Shown here: in pieces, positions 1-9,838 of the stretch
How positions within the stretch are numbered: the first letter of the stretch is position 1
How the letters are laid out: each line of letters begins with the position of its first letter
Virus record (IMG/VR): IMGVR_UViG_2617270979_000003
Location: 1 to 24,046 of that record
Source of the DNA: a virus
Lineage: Duplodnaviria; Heunggongvirae; Uroviricota; Caudoviricetes
Strand: one strand, 5' to 3'
DNA: 24,046 bases
Made by a program: the position numbers and the translations under genes
Notes under the pieces: model-generated
Database searches by the model: none
Seen by the model: only the letters and a program-made list of their open reading frames with translations
What the model was told of the DNA's origin: nothing

Positions 1-316
1 TATAACAAACTTACTTTTTTATCATTTTTCCACTTTAACAACATTTTGCTCCACTTTTCCACGACCAAACAACTTGAAATCTGGTTAAAATAACACGCAA
101 CACTATTCTTCTTCCTTGAGTCCGCCCGGAACTCGAAAAACAAACCGAGTTAAAGCCATTTTTCACAAAATCGATTTTGGGTCTTACCAAAATTACGGGG
201 TTGCATACGCATTCGTTTATTTTCGAACGTGTACATACAAATATGCACAAAAATAATCATAATTATTTTCTGAGATGCATTATGATATGAACACCAATTT
301 CGTATAGAGTCTCACT

Positions 317-907
317 ATGTCTCAAATTTTTGCTTACTGTCGGATATCAACGCTGGATCAGACCACCGAAAATCAACGCCGGGAAATCGAAAGTGCAGGT
401 TTTAAAATCAAACCTCAGCAAATAATCGAAGAACACATTAGCGGCTCAGCAGCAACCAGTGAGCGTCCTGGTTTTAACCGGTTGCTTGCTCGCCTGAAAT
501 GTGGTGATCAATTGATTGTGACAAAACTGGATCGCCTTGGTTGTAATGCAATGGATATCAGGAAAACAGTGGAACAACTGACCGAAACAGGTATCAGAGT
601 GCATTGCTTAGCATTGGGGGGCATTGACCTGACCAGTCCAACAGGAAAAATGATGATGCAAGTAATTTCAGCAGTCGCTGAATTTGAACGAGACCTTTTA
701 CTTGAACGCACTCATTCCGGGATAGTAAGAGCCCGCGGCGCAGGGAAACGTTTTGGTCGACCACCTGTGTTAAATGAAGAACAGAAACAGGCGGTATTCG
801 AACGAATTAAGTCAGGTGTAAGTATAAGTGCCATTGCCCGGGAATTCAAAACCTCGCGGCAAACCATTTTAAGAGCCAAAGCAAAACTTCAGACACCTGA
901 CATATAA
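317..907 (+). CDS. pinR: Serine recombinase / DNA invertase (Pin/Gin/Hin family)
   Basis: 196-aa ORF with N-terminal catalytic-serine motif YCRISTLDQ typical of resolvase/invertase family and a C-terminal HTH-like tail; sits next to the tail-fibre assembly gene as in Rac/e14. Confidence 0.9.
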   Translation: MSQIFAYCRISTLDQTTENQRREIESAGFKIKPQQIIEEHISGSAATSERPGFNRLLARLKCGDQLIVTKLDRLGCNAMDIRKTVEQLTETGIRVHCLALGGIDLTSPTGKMMMQVISAVAEFERDLLLERTHSGIVRARGAGKRFGRPPVLNEEQKQAVFERIKSGVSISAIAREFKTSRQTILRAKAKLQTPDI

Positions 908-1004
908 AAAATAATCTCGGTGTGAGATGCTTTACGTCTTCCAAGCCCCCTTCCTTGCCGTAAATGGAAAGATACATCTAATTATAGAATTTATATGTTT
1001 TACC

Positions 1005-1580
1005 CTACGGCAGTGCTGGCCATTCAATATCCTGTGCAGTTGACGTATCAACACGGTTCAGCAATACCCGATACTTTTTCCATGCTTCCAGCAACGAGAT
1101 TTCTTCCTCCGTTGCAATTTCCAGATCTGCAGCATCCTGAAGCGGCGCAATATGCTCACTGGCTACCTGCATCAGGTTGTTTTTTGTTTCTTCCGCCTCC
1201 CGGATCCGGAACAGTTTTTCTGCTTCCGTATCCTTCACCCAGGCTGTGCCGTTCCACTTCTGAAACTCCCCTTCCGGCGATAACCAGGTAACATTTTTCG
1301 GTAACGGACCGAGTTCAGAAATAAATAACGCGTCGCCGGAAGCCACGTCATAAACCGTTTTACCCCGATGATCTTCAACGAGATGCCACGATGCCTCATC
1401 ACTGTTGAAAACAGCCACAAAGCCAGCAGGAATATCTGGTGGTGCACTATCGGTACTGTTTGCTGGCAGACCTGTATGAGGCGGAATATATGCGTCACCT
1501 TCACCAATAAATTCATTAGTTCCGGCCAGCAGATTATAAATTTTTATGGTCCGTGGTTGTTCACTCATTCTGAATGCCAT
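1005..1580 (-). CDS. tfaR: Tail fibre assembly chaperone (Tfa family)
   Basis: 191-aa ORF immediately downstream of the tail fibre gene on the same strand, start overlapping its stop; sequence resembles lambdoid Tfa proteins as I recall them. Confidence 0.8.
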   Translation of the reverse strand: MAFRMSEQPRTIKIYNLLAGTNEFIGEGDAYIPPHTGLPANSTDSAPPDIPAGFVAVFNSDEASWHLVEDHRGKTVYDVASGDALFISELGPLPKNVTWLSPEGEFQKWNGTAWVKDTEAEKLFRIREAEETKNNLMQVASEHIAPLQDAADLEIATEEEISLLEAWKKYRVLLNRVDTSTAQDIEWPALP

Positions 1581-3484
1581 TATGCAAGCCTCACAATATA
1601 GTTAAATGCGATGTTTTTGACGGTGTTTTCCGCGTTACCAGCAGCGTTAACGGTGATGGTGTGTCCATGTGAACCAATCGCAACGGAGTGCGTATGAGCA
1701 CCAATACCGACAGTATGCGCGTGTGCACCTGCAGATGCTGCTGTGCCGGACAGTGAATGGCTATGATTACCATCTGTACTGGTATTCGCTAACCACCCCG
1801 TAGACATACCTACTGAGCCTTGTACACCCCAGGTATTTTGACCTGAGCTTGTATAACCATATTGATAAGTATCTTTAAAAACACTGGGGTTAAATCGACG
1901 GCCATCTCTATGGCTGTGATTACCAGCTGCATTCGTGCTGCCACTTAAACTATGGGTATGCGCACCAGTGTTATTCGTGGATTTAGTGCCGTAATCAAAC
2001 GACGATGTGGTTTTCGTCCCCAAATCTGTACTGGATGCGCTGGCGCTGTGGGTATGCGATTTAATGCCGTCCTGTTCCTGAGACAATACGGCCCGACCAC
2101 TGGCAGGTTTGCCCTTAATCGTCCAGCCACGCATATCAGGGATCACGCCTGACGGATAAGCAGCTGCAAGTTTCGGGTAAGCAGATTTGTCAAAAGTCTG
2201 CCCCTGCATCAGGGCATAACCAGACGGAACGGTATCTGATGGCCACGGGATTGGTGCGCCGACTGGGTAGCTTTCTGGTGGAAGATTTTTCGAGGTATAA
2301 ACTTCTGCCCAGTCATCCTCAAAACCATAACCGTCTCTTGAAGAACGGTAGAACAGACCACCATTTCTGTAATGCGCCTTCATCTGCAAGGTCCGGCAAC
2401 TTCCGACTCCGGTATAGAAGTTAACCAGAATATAGCTGTCGCCAGAGCGGGTGACATTATAAGCGCCTGATTCGGCATTCCAGGGAACGCCACCATCCGC
2501 ATCGGCATATGTATCCGTTGCCCTTCTGGCAAAAGCAGCCACATGCGCGGCGGTTAAAGTAATATCTTTGGAACCATCAAACTCAACACCAGAAACCCGT
2601 CTTGGCGTTTGCAGCTTTGTTGCTGTTAATGCATTACCGTTCAGACTTGCGGACAGTTTGGTTCCAATAACCAGTTCGCCGGTTGCGTTATCAATAGCAA
2701 ACGGTCTTAATGTATTCCAGCCACCATAAACATCACCTTGATTGGTAAGCAGCAGGTAAGTTTTAGCGCCATCATTACGCCATAATGCCCCATACTCCCC
2801 ACCTATCATTCGAATCTGATTACCACCACGCGCTACAATTTCGTCTGTGGCAAAAAGTTTTTTGCACGACAAGTTATCGTTAACGATTAACGAATGAGAC
2901 TCATAAAAACCACGCCCACTCTTAAAATCAAGGATAACGTCCGCCGCGATACATTCAGTCGCTGGATTTGTTGCCCCAAACTTATAGGTCGTATCATTAA
3001 CAACGAGATCAGCACCAGGTGCGGATATTGACAGGCCATCTTCGATAAACGCAAAAACAGGGAAAGCAGCGCCATCAACATAGAACACAGAGCGCAAATC
3101 ATCGCCCTTATTACTCATCATTATTGAGTGGATGGCTCGTTCATTGTTTTGATATTGCCAGAACATTCCATAAGCATAACGCCCCCTGTCAGTCCAGCCA
3201 CCAGGCATAACAAATCCGTTAAACTCGCAGTTATTCATCGGATCGCCTGCGGTTCGCGTTGCCGTGGTGATAATGACCCTTGATGCCAGTTCGCTTACTG
3301 AGCCAGCAGAACGCATAACAACAACAGGGTAATATTTTCCAGATGTTGCACCTGCAGGAGCGTTAACCCGCACATAACGCATACCACGCTTATCAGCAAA
3401 GTCTGTTTTACTGACCGCGTTAATGTTGTTCAGGAAGCGTCCCTTATTCCAGTGCAACCTCAACACCATTAACCAGTTCACCAA
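1580..3484 (-). CDS. stfR: Side tail fibre protein, C-terminal receptor-binding portion with His-x-His repeats; N-terminal part probably missing or frameshifted
   Basis: 634-aa ORF; C-terminus has [77 protein letters not shown], as in T4 gp37 / lambdoid Stf C-termini. Much shorter than the roughly 1100-aa Rac StfR I recall, and upstream reading frames are disrupted. Confidence 0.75.
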   Translation of the reverse strand: MVNWLMVLRLHWNKGRFLNNINAVSKTDFADKRGMRYVRVNAPAGATSGKYYPVVVMRSAGSVSELASRVIITTATRTAGDPMNNCEFNGFVMPGGWTDRGRYAYGMFWQYQNNERAIHSIMMSNKGDDLRSVFYVDGAAFPVFAFIEDGLSISAPGADLVVNDTTYKFGATNPATECIAADVILDFKSGRGFYESHSLIVNDNLSCKKLFATDEIVARGGNQIRMIGGEYGALWRNDGAKTYLLLTNQGDVYGGWNTLRPFAIDNATGELVIGTKLSASLNGNALTATKLQTPRRVSGVEFDGSKDITLTAAHVAAFARRATDTYADADGGVPWNAESGAYNVTRSGDSYILVNFYTGVGSCRTLQMKAHYRNGGLFYRSSRDGYGFEDDWAEVYTSKNLPPESYPVGAPIPWPSDTVPSGYALMQGQTFDKSAYPKLAAAYPSGVIPDMRGWTIKGKPASGRAVLSQEQDGIKSHTHSASASSTDLGTKTTSSFDYGTKSTNNTGAHTHSLSGSTNAAGNHSHRDGRRFNPSVFKDTYQYGYTSSGQNTWGVQGSVGMSTGWLANTSTDGNHSHSLSGTAASAGAHAHTVGIGAHTHSVAIGSHGHTITVNAAGNAENTVKNIAFNYIVRLA

Positions 3485-3779
3485 CCCCTTTCCAGTCTTT
3501 CAGCAGATAACGAGCGGCATTATCAATGAGTAAATCATCAACAGAATCCACCTCGGAAACCTTTGAAATATCAAACTCCTTCGTTCCGACGTGCAAACTG
3601 GCATCCATTTTCTCAATGTGGCGACGGATTAATGCATTACGGGAGCGATACTGATCGTTATCGCTGCTTGCCACCTACAGTTTTAACCCGTCTACAGGTT
3701 TTAAGTCCTTCATTGGCGTAAACCAGCGTTCTCCACCAATGATAATTTTCTGATTAAGAATAAACATCCATAACCTCAT
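3444..3779 (-). pseudogene. Amber-interrupted ORF remnant upstream of the tail fibre gene (34 codons, in-frame TAG, 76 codons), overlapping the stf start in another frame
   Basis: Hand translation of the minus strand: ATG at 3779, in-frame TAG at 3677..3675, then GTG and 76 more codons to 3444. The 3' end overlaps the 5' end of the 634-aa stf ORF. Confidence 0.3.
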
Positions 3780-3969
3780 TCAATGCGTCCCCCTGTAGGG
3801 CAGTACCACAGGAGGAATAACGGAAAATCAACTAATCGCCTCAGCACTGGCTTTTGCGATCACGGCAGCCAGTGCTACTGGGGGCGGAGGTGTTGCTGGT
3901 AAAGTTAGGTATTGGATCAATGAGTGAGTCAACATAATATTAAACTCACAATTATAAATCAGCCATATA

Positions 3970-5427
3970 TTAGGAGCGCCAAAAAAAACCTGAAAACAAT
4001 ATAATAACAGGATAAATTTCAAGGCGACCAAGAATCATAGCTATGCACATTAAATATTTTGCAATGTCATTAAGCACTCCGAATGACGATGCAGTAGCCC
4101 CAAAACCTAATCCCATATTATTAATACATGCAGCCACTGTTGCAAATGATGTAAGAAAATCATATCCCATACCATTTAACACCAGTATAAAAAACACCGT
4201 GAAGAGAGTATAAAGAAAAAAGAAACTCCATACAGACCTCATTACACGATCTGTAACTATCTTCCCTCCTACATTTACACTCAACAACGCTCTGGGATGA
4301 GAAAGCTGATTTATCTCGTGTTTGCTTTGTTTGAAAAGTATAAGAAATCGAAGTGACTTAATTCCACCACAAGTTGAACCTATACATCCCCCAAAGAAAC
4401 TTGACAACAGCAAAAACACTATCGTGTGCGTGGGCCAACTTGCATAATCCTGCGTAGCTAAACCATTATCAGTGAGCATGGAGCTGGCAAGAAAAAACGA
4501 ATGAATAAAACTTCCATGCAAGTCATACATACCTATATGCCAGACCTGGAAAGAGGTAACAATGATCACCCCTAAGGCTATTAACAGAAAGAAACGAAGT
4601 TCAATATCTCTGATTAAAGGTTTTATCGTTTTCCTGCTAATAACAATATACCAAAGAGTGAAGTTGAAAGCCGATAGCAGGGAAAAAGAACCAGCCACCA
4701 GCTCAACCAAATAGTTATTAAAATATCCGATACTCTCGCTATGAGTTGAGAAACCACCAAGCGAAACTGTGGAAATCCCGTGACAAATAGCATGAAACAA
4801 AGGCATTCCTGCAAGTCTATAACAGACAATACAAGCAATACCTAATAAAGAATAAGTTATCCACAGTGTCCGTGACGTATCGGCCAGGCGGGGAGTGAGT
4901 TTGTCATCCTTAAATGGCCCCGGCATTTCTGACTGATAAAGCTTTGCACCACCAATACCCAATAATGGCAATACAGCAACCGCCAGAACAATAACTCCTA
5001 AACCACCTATAAAATTTAACTGTGACCGATAGTACAAATATGCCCGAGGTAATGAACTAACATCATCAATTACAGTTGCTCCTGTTGTTGTTATTCCAGA
5101 AACCCCTTCAAACAGAGCATCAATGAACGTTAAATTAAGTTCTGAGTCAATCCATAAAGGGAATGCACTAATAACAGAAAACAAAATCCAAAACATTACA
5201 ATTATAATAAACCCATCACGGGTACGTAATTGAATGCCAGATTTCTTAGTTGTATACCACGCTCCGCCACCAATGCAAAAAAATATAACGAAAGTTATAA
5301 AGAAAACAAACAGGCTTTTTTCTTTATAAAACAATGCTACAACCATTGGTGGCAACATTGAAAGACTATAGAGCCAAACTAGGAACCCACACATATGAGT
5401 AACAACTCTTACATGAGATGTATTCAT
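3970..5427 (-). CDS. trkG: Trk-system K+ uptake membrane protein TrkG
   Basis: Polytopic membrane protein; the ORF from its 7th codon (MNTSHVRVVTHMCGF...) gives 485 aa, the length I recall for TrkG; visibly A+T-rich compared with flanking phage genes; same position after Rz as in Rac. Confidence 0.85.
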   Translation of the reverse strand: MNTSHVRVVTHMCGFLVWLYSLSMLPPMVVALFYKEKSLFVFFITFVIFFCIGGGAWYTTKKSGIQLRTRDGFIIIVMFWILFSVISAFPLWIDSELNLTFIDALFEGVSGITTTGATVIDDVSSLPRAYLYYRSQLNFIGGLGVIVLAVAVLPLLGIGGAKLYQSEMPGPFKDDKLTPRLADTSRTLWITYSLLGIACIVCYRLAGMPLFHAICHGISTVSLGGFSTHSESIGYFNNYLVELVAGSFSLLSAFNFTLWYIVISRKTIKPLIRDIELRFFLLIALGVIIVTSFQVWHIGMYDLHGSFIHSFFLASSMLTDNGLATQDYASWPTHTIVFLLLSSFFGGCIGSTCGGIKSLRFLILFKQSKHEINQLSHPRALLSVNVGGKIVTDRVMRSVWSFFFLYTLFTVFFILVLNGMGYDFLTSFATVAACINNMGLGFGATASSFGVLNDIAKYLMCIAMILGRLEIYPVIILFSGFFWRS

Positions 5428-5564
5428 ATCTAAATATTCTTTCAATTATAACCACCTTGCTGCAATATTATGATTATACTGTATAAAATTTAACTCCTCT
5501 TAGATCTTACTTCACTGTTCCTTATGAAACAATCATCAAAATGAATCATATTGTAGTTAAGATT

Positions 5565-6029
5565 TTACTTTAAACACTGCTCGGTTATGTATTGCTGAGC
5601 ACCTTCAAGTTGGGCCTGCATCATTACCAGTCGTTCCCGGAGGGTGAAATAATCCCGTTCAGCGGTGTCTGCCAGTCGGGGGGAGGCTGCATTATCCACG
5701 CCGGAGGCGGTGGTGGCTTCACGCACTGACTGACAGACTGCTTTGATGTGCAACCGACGACGACCAGCGGCAACATCATCACGCAGAGCATCATTTTCAG
5801 CTTTCGCATCAGCTAACTCCTTCGTGTATTTTGCATCGAGCGCAGCAACATCACGCTGACGCATCTGCATGTCAGTAATTGCCGCGTTCGCCAGCTTCAG
5901 TTCTCTGGCATTTTTGTCGCGCTGGGCTTTGTAGGTAATGGCGTTATCACGGTAATGATTAACAGCCCATGACAGGCAGACGATGATGCAGATAACCAGA
6001 GCGGAGATAATCGCGGTTACTCTGTTCAT
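5565..6029 (-). CDS. Spanin inner-membrane subunit (Rz)
   Basis: N-terminal TM segment ([20 protein letters not shown]) followed by charged coiled-coil-like sequence; start MNRVT overlaps the endolysin stop as ATGA; position after the endolysin. Confidence 0.8.
   Translation of the reverse strand: MNRVTAIISALVICIIVCLSWAVNHYRDNAITYKAQRDKNARELKLANAAITDMQMRQRDVAALDAKYTKELADAKAENDALRDDVAAGRRRLHIKAVCQSVREATTASGVDNAASPRLADTAERDYFTLRERLVMMQAQLEGAQQYITEQCLK
5624..5809 (-). CDS. Spanin outer-membrane lipoprotein subunit (Rz1), embedded in Rz in another frame
   Basis: 61-aa ORF wholly inside Rz; lipoprotein signal ending at a Cys (LPLVVVGC), proline-rich mature part ([15 protein letters not shown]). 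Confidence 0.7.
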   Translation of the reverse strand: MRKLKMMLCVMMLPLVVVGCTSKQSVSQCVKPPPPPAWIMQPPPDWQTPLNGIISPSGNDW

Positions 6030-6523
6030 TGCTGACCCCACAAACAGATTTCACGCTCAATCTCACGACGAGTCATGAGACCTTTCCATTGCTTACCGCC
6101 AGCATATGTCCAGCGACGTAGCTGATCACATGCGCCTTTGATATCGCCCTGGTTTATTTTGCGAAGAAGCGTCGATGTTCTGAAATTGCCAGCACCCACG
6201 TTGTAAACGAATGAGTAAAGAGCGCCGCGCGTTGTTTCCGGTATATCGACTTTGATGTACGGGTTAATTTGTCTGGCGACAGTGGCAAGGTCTTTATTCA
6301 AGAGTGTTTTGCATTCTGCTTTGGTATACGTTTTACCGAGCATGATGTCTTTTCCTGTATGCCCGTGACATACAGTCCATACACCAACAATATCTTTGTA
6401 TGGTATGTAGCTGACACCTTCCAGACCATCGTTACCACTTGGGCCAGTGATTAACACTGATGCTATAGCAATTGCTCCGCCACCAATAGCAGCAGCAACG
6501 ACTTTTCGTAATGATGGAGGCAT
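6026..6523 (-). CDS. SAR endolysin (phage lysozyme, phage-21 R type)
   Basis: 165-aa ORF; N-terminal Gly/Ala-rich weakly hydrophobic signal-anchor-release segment ([18 protein letters not shown]) followed by the lysozyme catalytic region ([24 protein letters not shown]). Confidence 0.9.
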   Translation of the reverse strand: MPPSLRKVVAAAIGGGAIAIASVLITGPSGNDGLEGVSYIPYKDIVGVWTVCHGHTGKDIMLGKTYTKAECKTLLNKDLATVARQINPYIKVDIPETTRGALYSFVYNVGAGNFRTSTLLRKINQGDIKGACDQLRRWTYAGGKQWKGLMTRREIEREICLWGQQ

Positions 6524-6738
6524 TATTCACCTCTCGCAGCCTTGCGCTTATCTTCTTTAATCTTGAAATAAAGGTTTGTCAGGTACGTCAGCAGGCCAAA
6601 TACCAGACTACCCAGCACACCGATTGCAGCCCACTGTGACGGAGTTACTCTATCGAGCAACTGTAAAAACCAGTAGCCAGCACTGCCTGCGGAGGTGCCG
6701 TAGGCAATGCCTGTTGAAATTTTGTCCATGGATTTCAT
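6523..6738 (-). CDS. Pinholin (S21-like) with dual-start motif MKSMDK
   Basis: 71-aa product from [26 protein letters not shown]... with two TM segments and a charged C-terminus; closely resembles phage 21 S as I recall it. The ORF-track Met lies further upstream and is unlikely to be used. Confidence 0.85.
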   Translation of the reverse strand: MKSMDKISTGIAYGTSAGSAGYWFLQLLDRVTPSQWAAIGVLGSLVFGLLTYLTNLYFKIKEDKRKAARGE

Positions 6739-6989
6739 AGCCTCACCTCCGCACGGAACGGATGGCATAGTTATTATGTGTAGGCTTTCAGACACATCAA
6801 TCAGAGCCTTAATTGATATATATGCTGGAGACGATGCAATATAAAAAGCTCGCCGTAGCGAGCTAATAAAATGTATTTCTCTGATATTATGTTTATTTGT
6901 ATTAGCTCAGACTTGACATCACAGGTTTCGTATATAGAACATCATCAAATCTGTCAGTTTGCTATGAATGAGATATAGTAATTGAAGAG

Positions 6990-7385
6990 CTAACCTCGCA
7001 TGTCAAAGCCAGATTTCTGAAAATCTCTGTAGACTTCCGGATTGTTGAAGGCCGGAAATTTGGCTTTATGAGCTGCGGACTTTATCGCTTCGCAATAGGC
7101 TTTATCACCGTTACTGGTAGATATTTTTAACGCCGTGCCATCCTGAGAGAATTCCATATGCAACCTGCATTTTTTCCCTTTCCAGTTATGCGGCTCATCA
7201 AGTTTGGCATTAATTACAGCTCTGATTCCCCGCGCTTGCGCCCCCCATTCATCCTGATCATCCCAGCGTCCTGAACTGCAACTACCTGTAGCAGTAGTTT
7301 TGTGGCAATCTGAAGGGTGTAAAGGTGTGCATCCCGCAACAAAACCGACCCAAAAAGTCAACATAACGATTTTCTTTAATCCCAC
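6990..7385 (-). CDS. Lipoprotein with TolA C-terminal (domain III)-like domain, paralog 2
   Basis: Signal peptide with lipobox (FVAGC); C-terminal region (KKCRLHMEFSQDGTALKIS...GDKAYCEAIKSAAHKAKFPAFNNPEVYRDFQKSGFDMRG) is a diverged copy of the domain found in the neighbouring paralog. Confidence 0.65.
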   Translation of the reverse strand: MGLKKIVMLTFWVGFVAGCTPLHPSDCHKTTATGSCSSGRWDDQDEWGAQARGIRAVINAKLDEPHNWKGKKCRLHMEFSQDGTALKISTSNGDKAYCEAIKSAAHKAKFPAFNNPEVYRDFQKSGFDMRG

Positions 7386-7535
7386 TTCTTGCTCCTCAAT
7401 CCATTAAAATCTCAGCAATAGTAGTTGTTACGTCCGCCACTGGCTCAGAGCTGACTATCCGCTAAATTTAGCTCAGTGCCGTAGCTGTGTCAGAACAAAC
7501 CTAAGCCGAAACCGTTTATTACAAAACAATAAATA

Positions 7536-7964
7536 TCAGGGTTTAAAATCCAGCACCCCATTTTGAAATACTTTATATACTTCCGGCGAAGGGGGGGCAG
7601 GTATATCAGCATTCTTTATCGCATTCATCGCTTCACGACATAAATCGAGGTCTCCACTTTCTCTTTTAACCTCCAGTAGAAGGCCATTCGGGGCCATATG
7701 CATTCTCAGTGTACACTCTTTTCCTGAATACTTACTCGCATCCCCGAACTGTTTTTCGATGGCGCTCTTGATTTGATGGGCATACAGACGGATATCCTCA
7801 CTAACATCAGAAGTACGTTCAGATGAACTCACATACTGTGTCTCTATTGCTTTATCGGGGTAATATGATGTACGGTCATGATAATTTGTCGATACAGCAT
7901 CAGTGCACCCGATAATAATCCCACTAATAATCAACGTAAGAATTGATGCGCTACGAAAACCCAT
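7536..7964 (-). CDS. Lipoprotein with TolA C-terminal (domain III)-like domain, paralog 1
   Basis: Signal peptide with lipobox (IIGC); C-terminal HQIKSAIEKQFGDASKYSGKECTLRMHMAPNGLLLEVKRESGDLDLCREAMNAIKNADIPAPPSPEVYKVFQNGVLDFKP matches my recollection of the E. coli TolA C-terminus (..QIKSAIE..F.DAS.Y.GK.CTLR...AP.G.LL....GD..LC......IP.PPS..VY.VF.N..LDFKP). Confidence 0.75.
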   Translation of the reverse strand: MGFRSASILTLIISGIIIGCTDAVSTNYHDRTSYYPDKAIETQYVSSSERTSDVSEDIRLYAHQIKSAIEKQFGDASKYSGKECTLRMHMAPNGLLLEVKRESGDLDLCREAMNAIKNADIPAPPSPEVYKVFQNGVLDFKP

Positions 7965-8552
7965 TTTTCTTCACATATGTCATATAGTAAAGGATTATAT
8001 ATACCGTTGTTTTGGACGCTCAAACAGCGAATCAGATCAAATAAAACGCACATTTGTTAACATTTACACAAAGTCTGCGCGGGATATTCTGAAAGAATAT
8101 CCATAATGTGGAGAGAATCTATTGAAGTGCATGGTGCCGGGTGCCTCCCGGTGAACAAAATGTTCGTGATACCTGTCGGCGATAGAAAAGGTTAATGGTA
8201 TCACCCCACCGCACAGGGGGATTCACCATGCAGGAGTTTTCTTAGCAAACTCACTGCGCGCCCGGCAACTCCCAACCACATAAAATGCGGAGTTTGTGGC
8301 ATTTATGCATATAACTCGCAGGAATTATCTTAAAAAACTGATGTCGATCCGGATTAAAAAGAAGCAGGTCATCATCAGATGACTGGAAAAAAGGAAAACA
8401 AAAAATACTCATCATACAGTTTTGATTGCAGGGATGAGCCTGCTATGCACAATATGCAGAATATAAGCAAGATAAAAATATGCAGGCATATTATTTCGGA
8501 TTTTGTTATTAACACAACCTTTTTAATAATCATTTGGCATACAATAAACCAG

Positions 8553-8581
8553 CCCAAAAAGAACCGCCTAAACAGGCGGTT
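8553..8581 (-). terminator. Candidate intrinsic terminator on the minus strand (7-bp G+C stem, U-rich tail)
   Basis: AACCGCC / GGCGGTT stem with a 6-nt loop; on the minus strand it is followed by CTTTTTG. Confidence 0.35.
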
Positions 8582-8901
8582 GGTCAATACAAAGGATGCT
8601 TCGTCTTTATTATAGTAATCTGAGGCGTCGGGTGTCTTGTATCAGACAACATATTGTCCCGCTAAACAGCGAATTACAAACCACCCTGCAATGATCTCTC
8701 ATCTCATTTTATATGAGTTGACGACATCAGGATAACGCATCATCAGCCCCTGCCAAGAAATATCAAAACTCCCGCCAGCAATGTGTTATCACAATATTGT
8801 AAAAAAAACACAGCACCGAAACTATAACTGGTCTCTGTTATAATTTGGAGCAGAAAGACCAGTTGCCCAACTAGCAGCATTCTCCCCTGCTTTCCTGACG
8901 T

Positions 8902-8928
8902 AAAAAAACCGCATTAAGCGGTTTTTTT
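8902..8928. terminator. Bidirectional hairpin flanked by A7 and T7 runs; candidate tR'-like terminator downstream of the Q-like gene
   Basis: AAAAAAACCGC-ATTAA-GCGGTTTTTTT; lies about 100 bp downstream of the Q-like gene stop on the late-gene strand. Confidence 0.5.
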
Positions 8929-9008
8929 ACGATGTCCATGTCTGCAATCCGCCTCGCGATACAGCTTTGCGAAGCATAGCAAAATTGAAGCAGTTTATAC
9001 GTAAGAAA

Positions 9009-9464
9009 TCAAGCCATTTTATCAGCAAATGATTCACGCATGGGAATATATAGGGCATACTCAGCAACAGCTAACCAATTAGCAATCCGTTTTTCGCATG
9101 TGCTAAAACACCACTCTGGGTGTGCATCATTTAGCAATTCAGCCATTTTGCGCTTAGTCATCCCCCGCCCTTCATAGCGTTGCCGGAGAATGCAAATCAA
9201 TCCTGGATGCTCTGCCAGCACCTCACTTATGACTCGATCAATACATAACGCCTCTGCATCAGTACAATGCGCCAGCCAGCTCTTTTGCTTGCCGTTGATC
9301 ATCTCTCGCAAAAACGCTTCCAGCTCAGCTTTCTCTATTCCCGCTTTTTTCATTCTGCGCAGGGCTTCATTGATGGCTGTTTTCGTCAATTTTTTGGATG
9401 CCAACAACTGATTGAACATATTTCCTGACCTGCCACCGCCAATATACGACCAGCGCCCCCACAT
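9009..9464 (-). CDS. Putative late-gene antiterminator (Q-like); start uncertain
   Basis: Last ORF before a terminator hairpin and the lysis region; has a WGRW motif near the chosen start and several Cys pairs, reminiscent of Q-family proteins. The ORF-track start (9671) would overlap the upstream gene by over 120 nt, so an internal Met is preferred. Confidence 0.5.
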   Translation of the reverse strand: MWGRWSYIGGGRSGNMFNQLLASKKLTKTAINEALRRMKKAGIEKAELEAFLREMINGKQKSWLAHCTDAEALCIDRVISEVLAEHPGLICILRQRYEGRGMTKRKMAELLNDAHPEWCFSTCEKRIANWLAVAEYALYIPMRESFADKMA

Positions 9465-9547
9465 ACGCAGTTTGCCCTGAATCCAGACACTTTCCAGCGT
9501 TGCGAGACGAAGGTGTTCTCCGCTTTTTCCTGTATTCGTTGGGTAAA

Positions 9548-9838
9548 TCACAAATATCCCTCCTTTCTCCAGATTTCTTGTGTGCGAAAAACACCTTCTG
9601 CATGCATCAGGCGTAATTCTTCTTTGGTGTAATCGCTGGTTTTTACCCGCCCGTCGATTAGATCGTGGCATGAGCTACAGGCAATCGCCGCCTGCATATC
9701 GTGTGGTTTTGTCGCTGTTCCGCACGTTCCCGCCAGTCGGTAATGCGCCAGCACAGACGTTTCCGGATCGTGATTGCAGTAGCCAGGAATTCTGACGGCG
9801 CACATCTGCCCCCGCGCCGCTTTACGTAAATCCACCAT
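9548..9838 (-). CDS. Nin-region Cys-rich protein (YbcO-like, putative nuclease)
   Basis: 96-aa ORF with Cys clusters (CAVRIPGYCNH...CGT...ACSSCHD); resembles the DLP12 YbcO protein as I recall it; lies in the nin region upstream of Q. Confidence 0.55.
   Translation of the reverse strand: MVDLRKAARGQMCAVRIPGYCNHDPETSVLAHYRLAGTCGTATKPHDMQAAIACSSCHDLIDGRVKTSDYTKEELRLMHAEGVFRTQEIWRKEGYL

Noticed and set aside
1-44. Minus-strand ORF beginning at 44 and running off the left edge of the window (MLLKWKNDKKVSLL...)
   Set aside because: Only 14 codons are visible; cannot be evaluated without upstream sequence.
995-1601. ORFs 995..1291 (+), 1235..1516 (-), 1368..1601 (+) overlapping tfa
   Set aside because: Alternative-frame or antisense overlaps of the tail fibre assembly gene with low-complexity products; tfa itself accounts for the region.
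908-3484. Searched for Gin/Hin/Pin-type recombination sites (AAACC-NN-GGTTT core with 12-bp inverted arms) flanking an invertible tail-fibre segment
   Set aside because: No convincing site found by eye in the pin-tfa spacer or within stf; this needs a computational scan, so absence is provisional.
8375-8615. Mutually overlapping 70-aa (-) and 78-aa (+) ORFs in an A+T-rich stretch
   Set aside because: Both span a terminator hairpin, neither has a convincing start context, and A+T-rich DNA yields long chance ORFs on both strands. I cannot support either as a gene.
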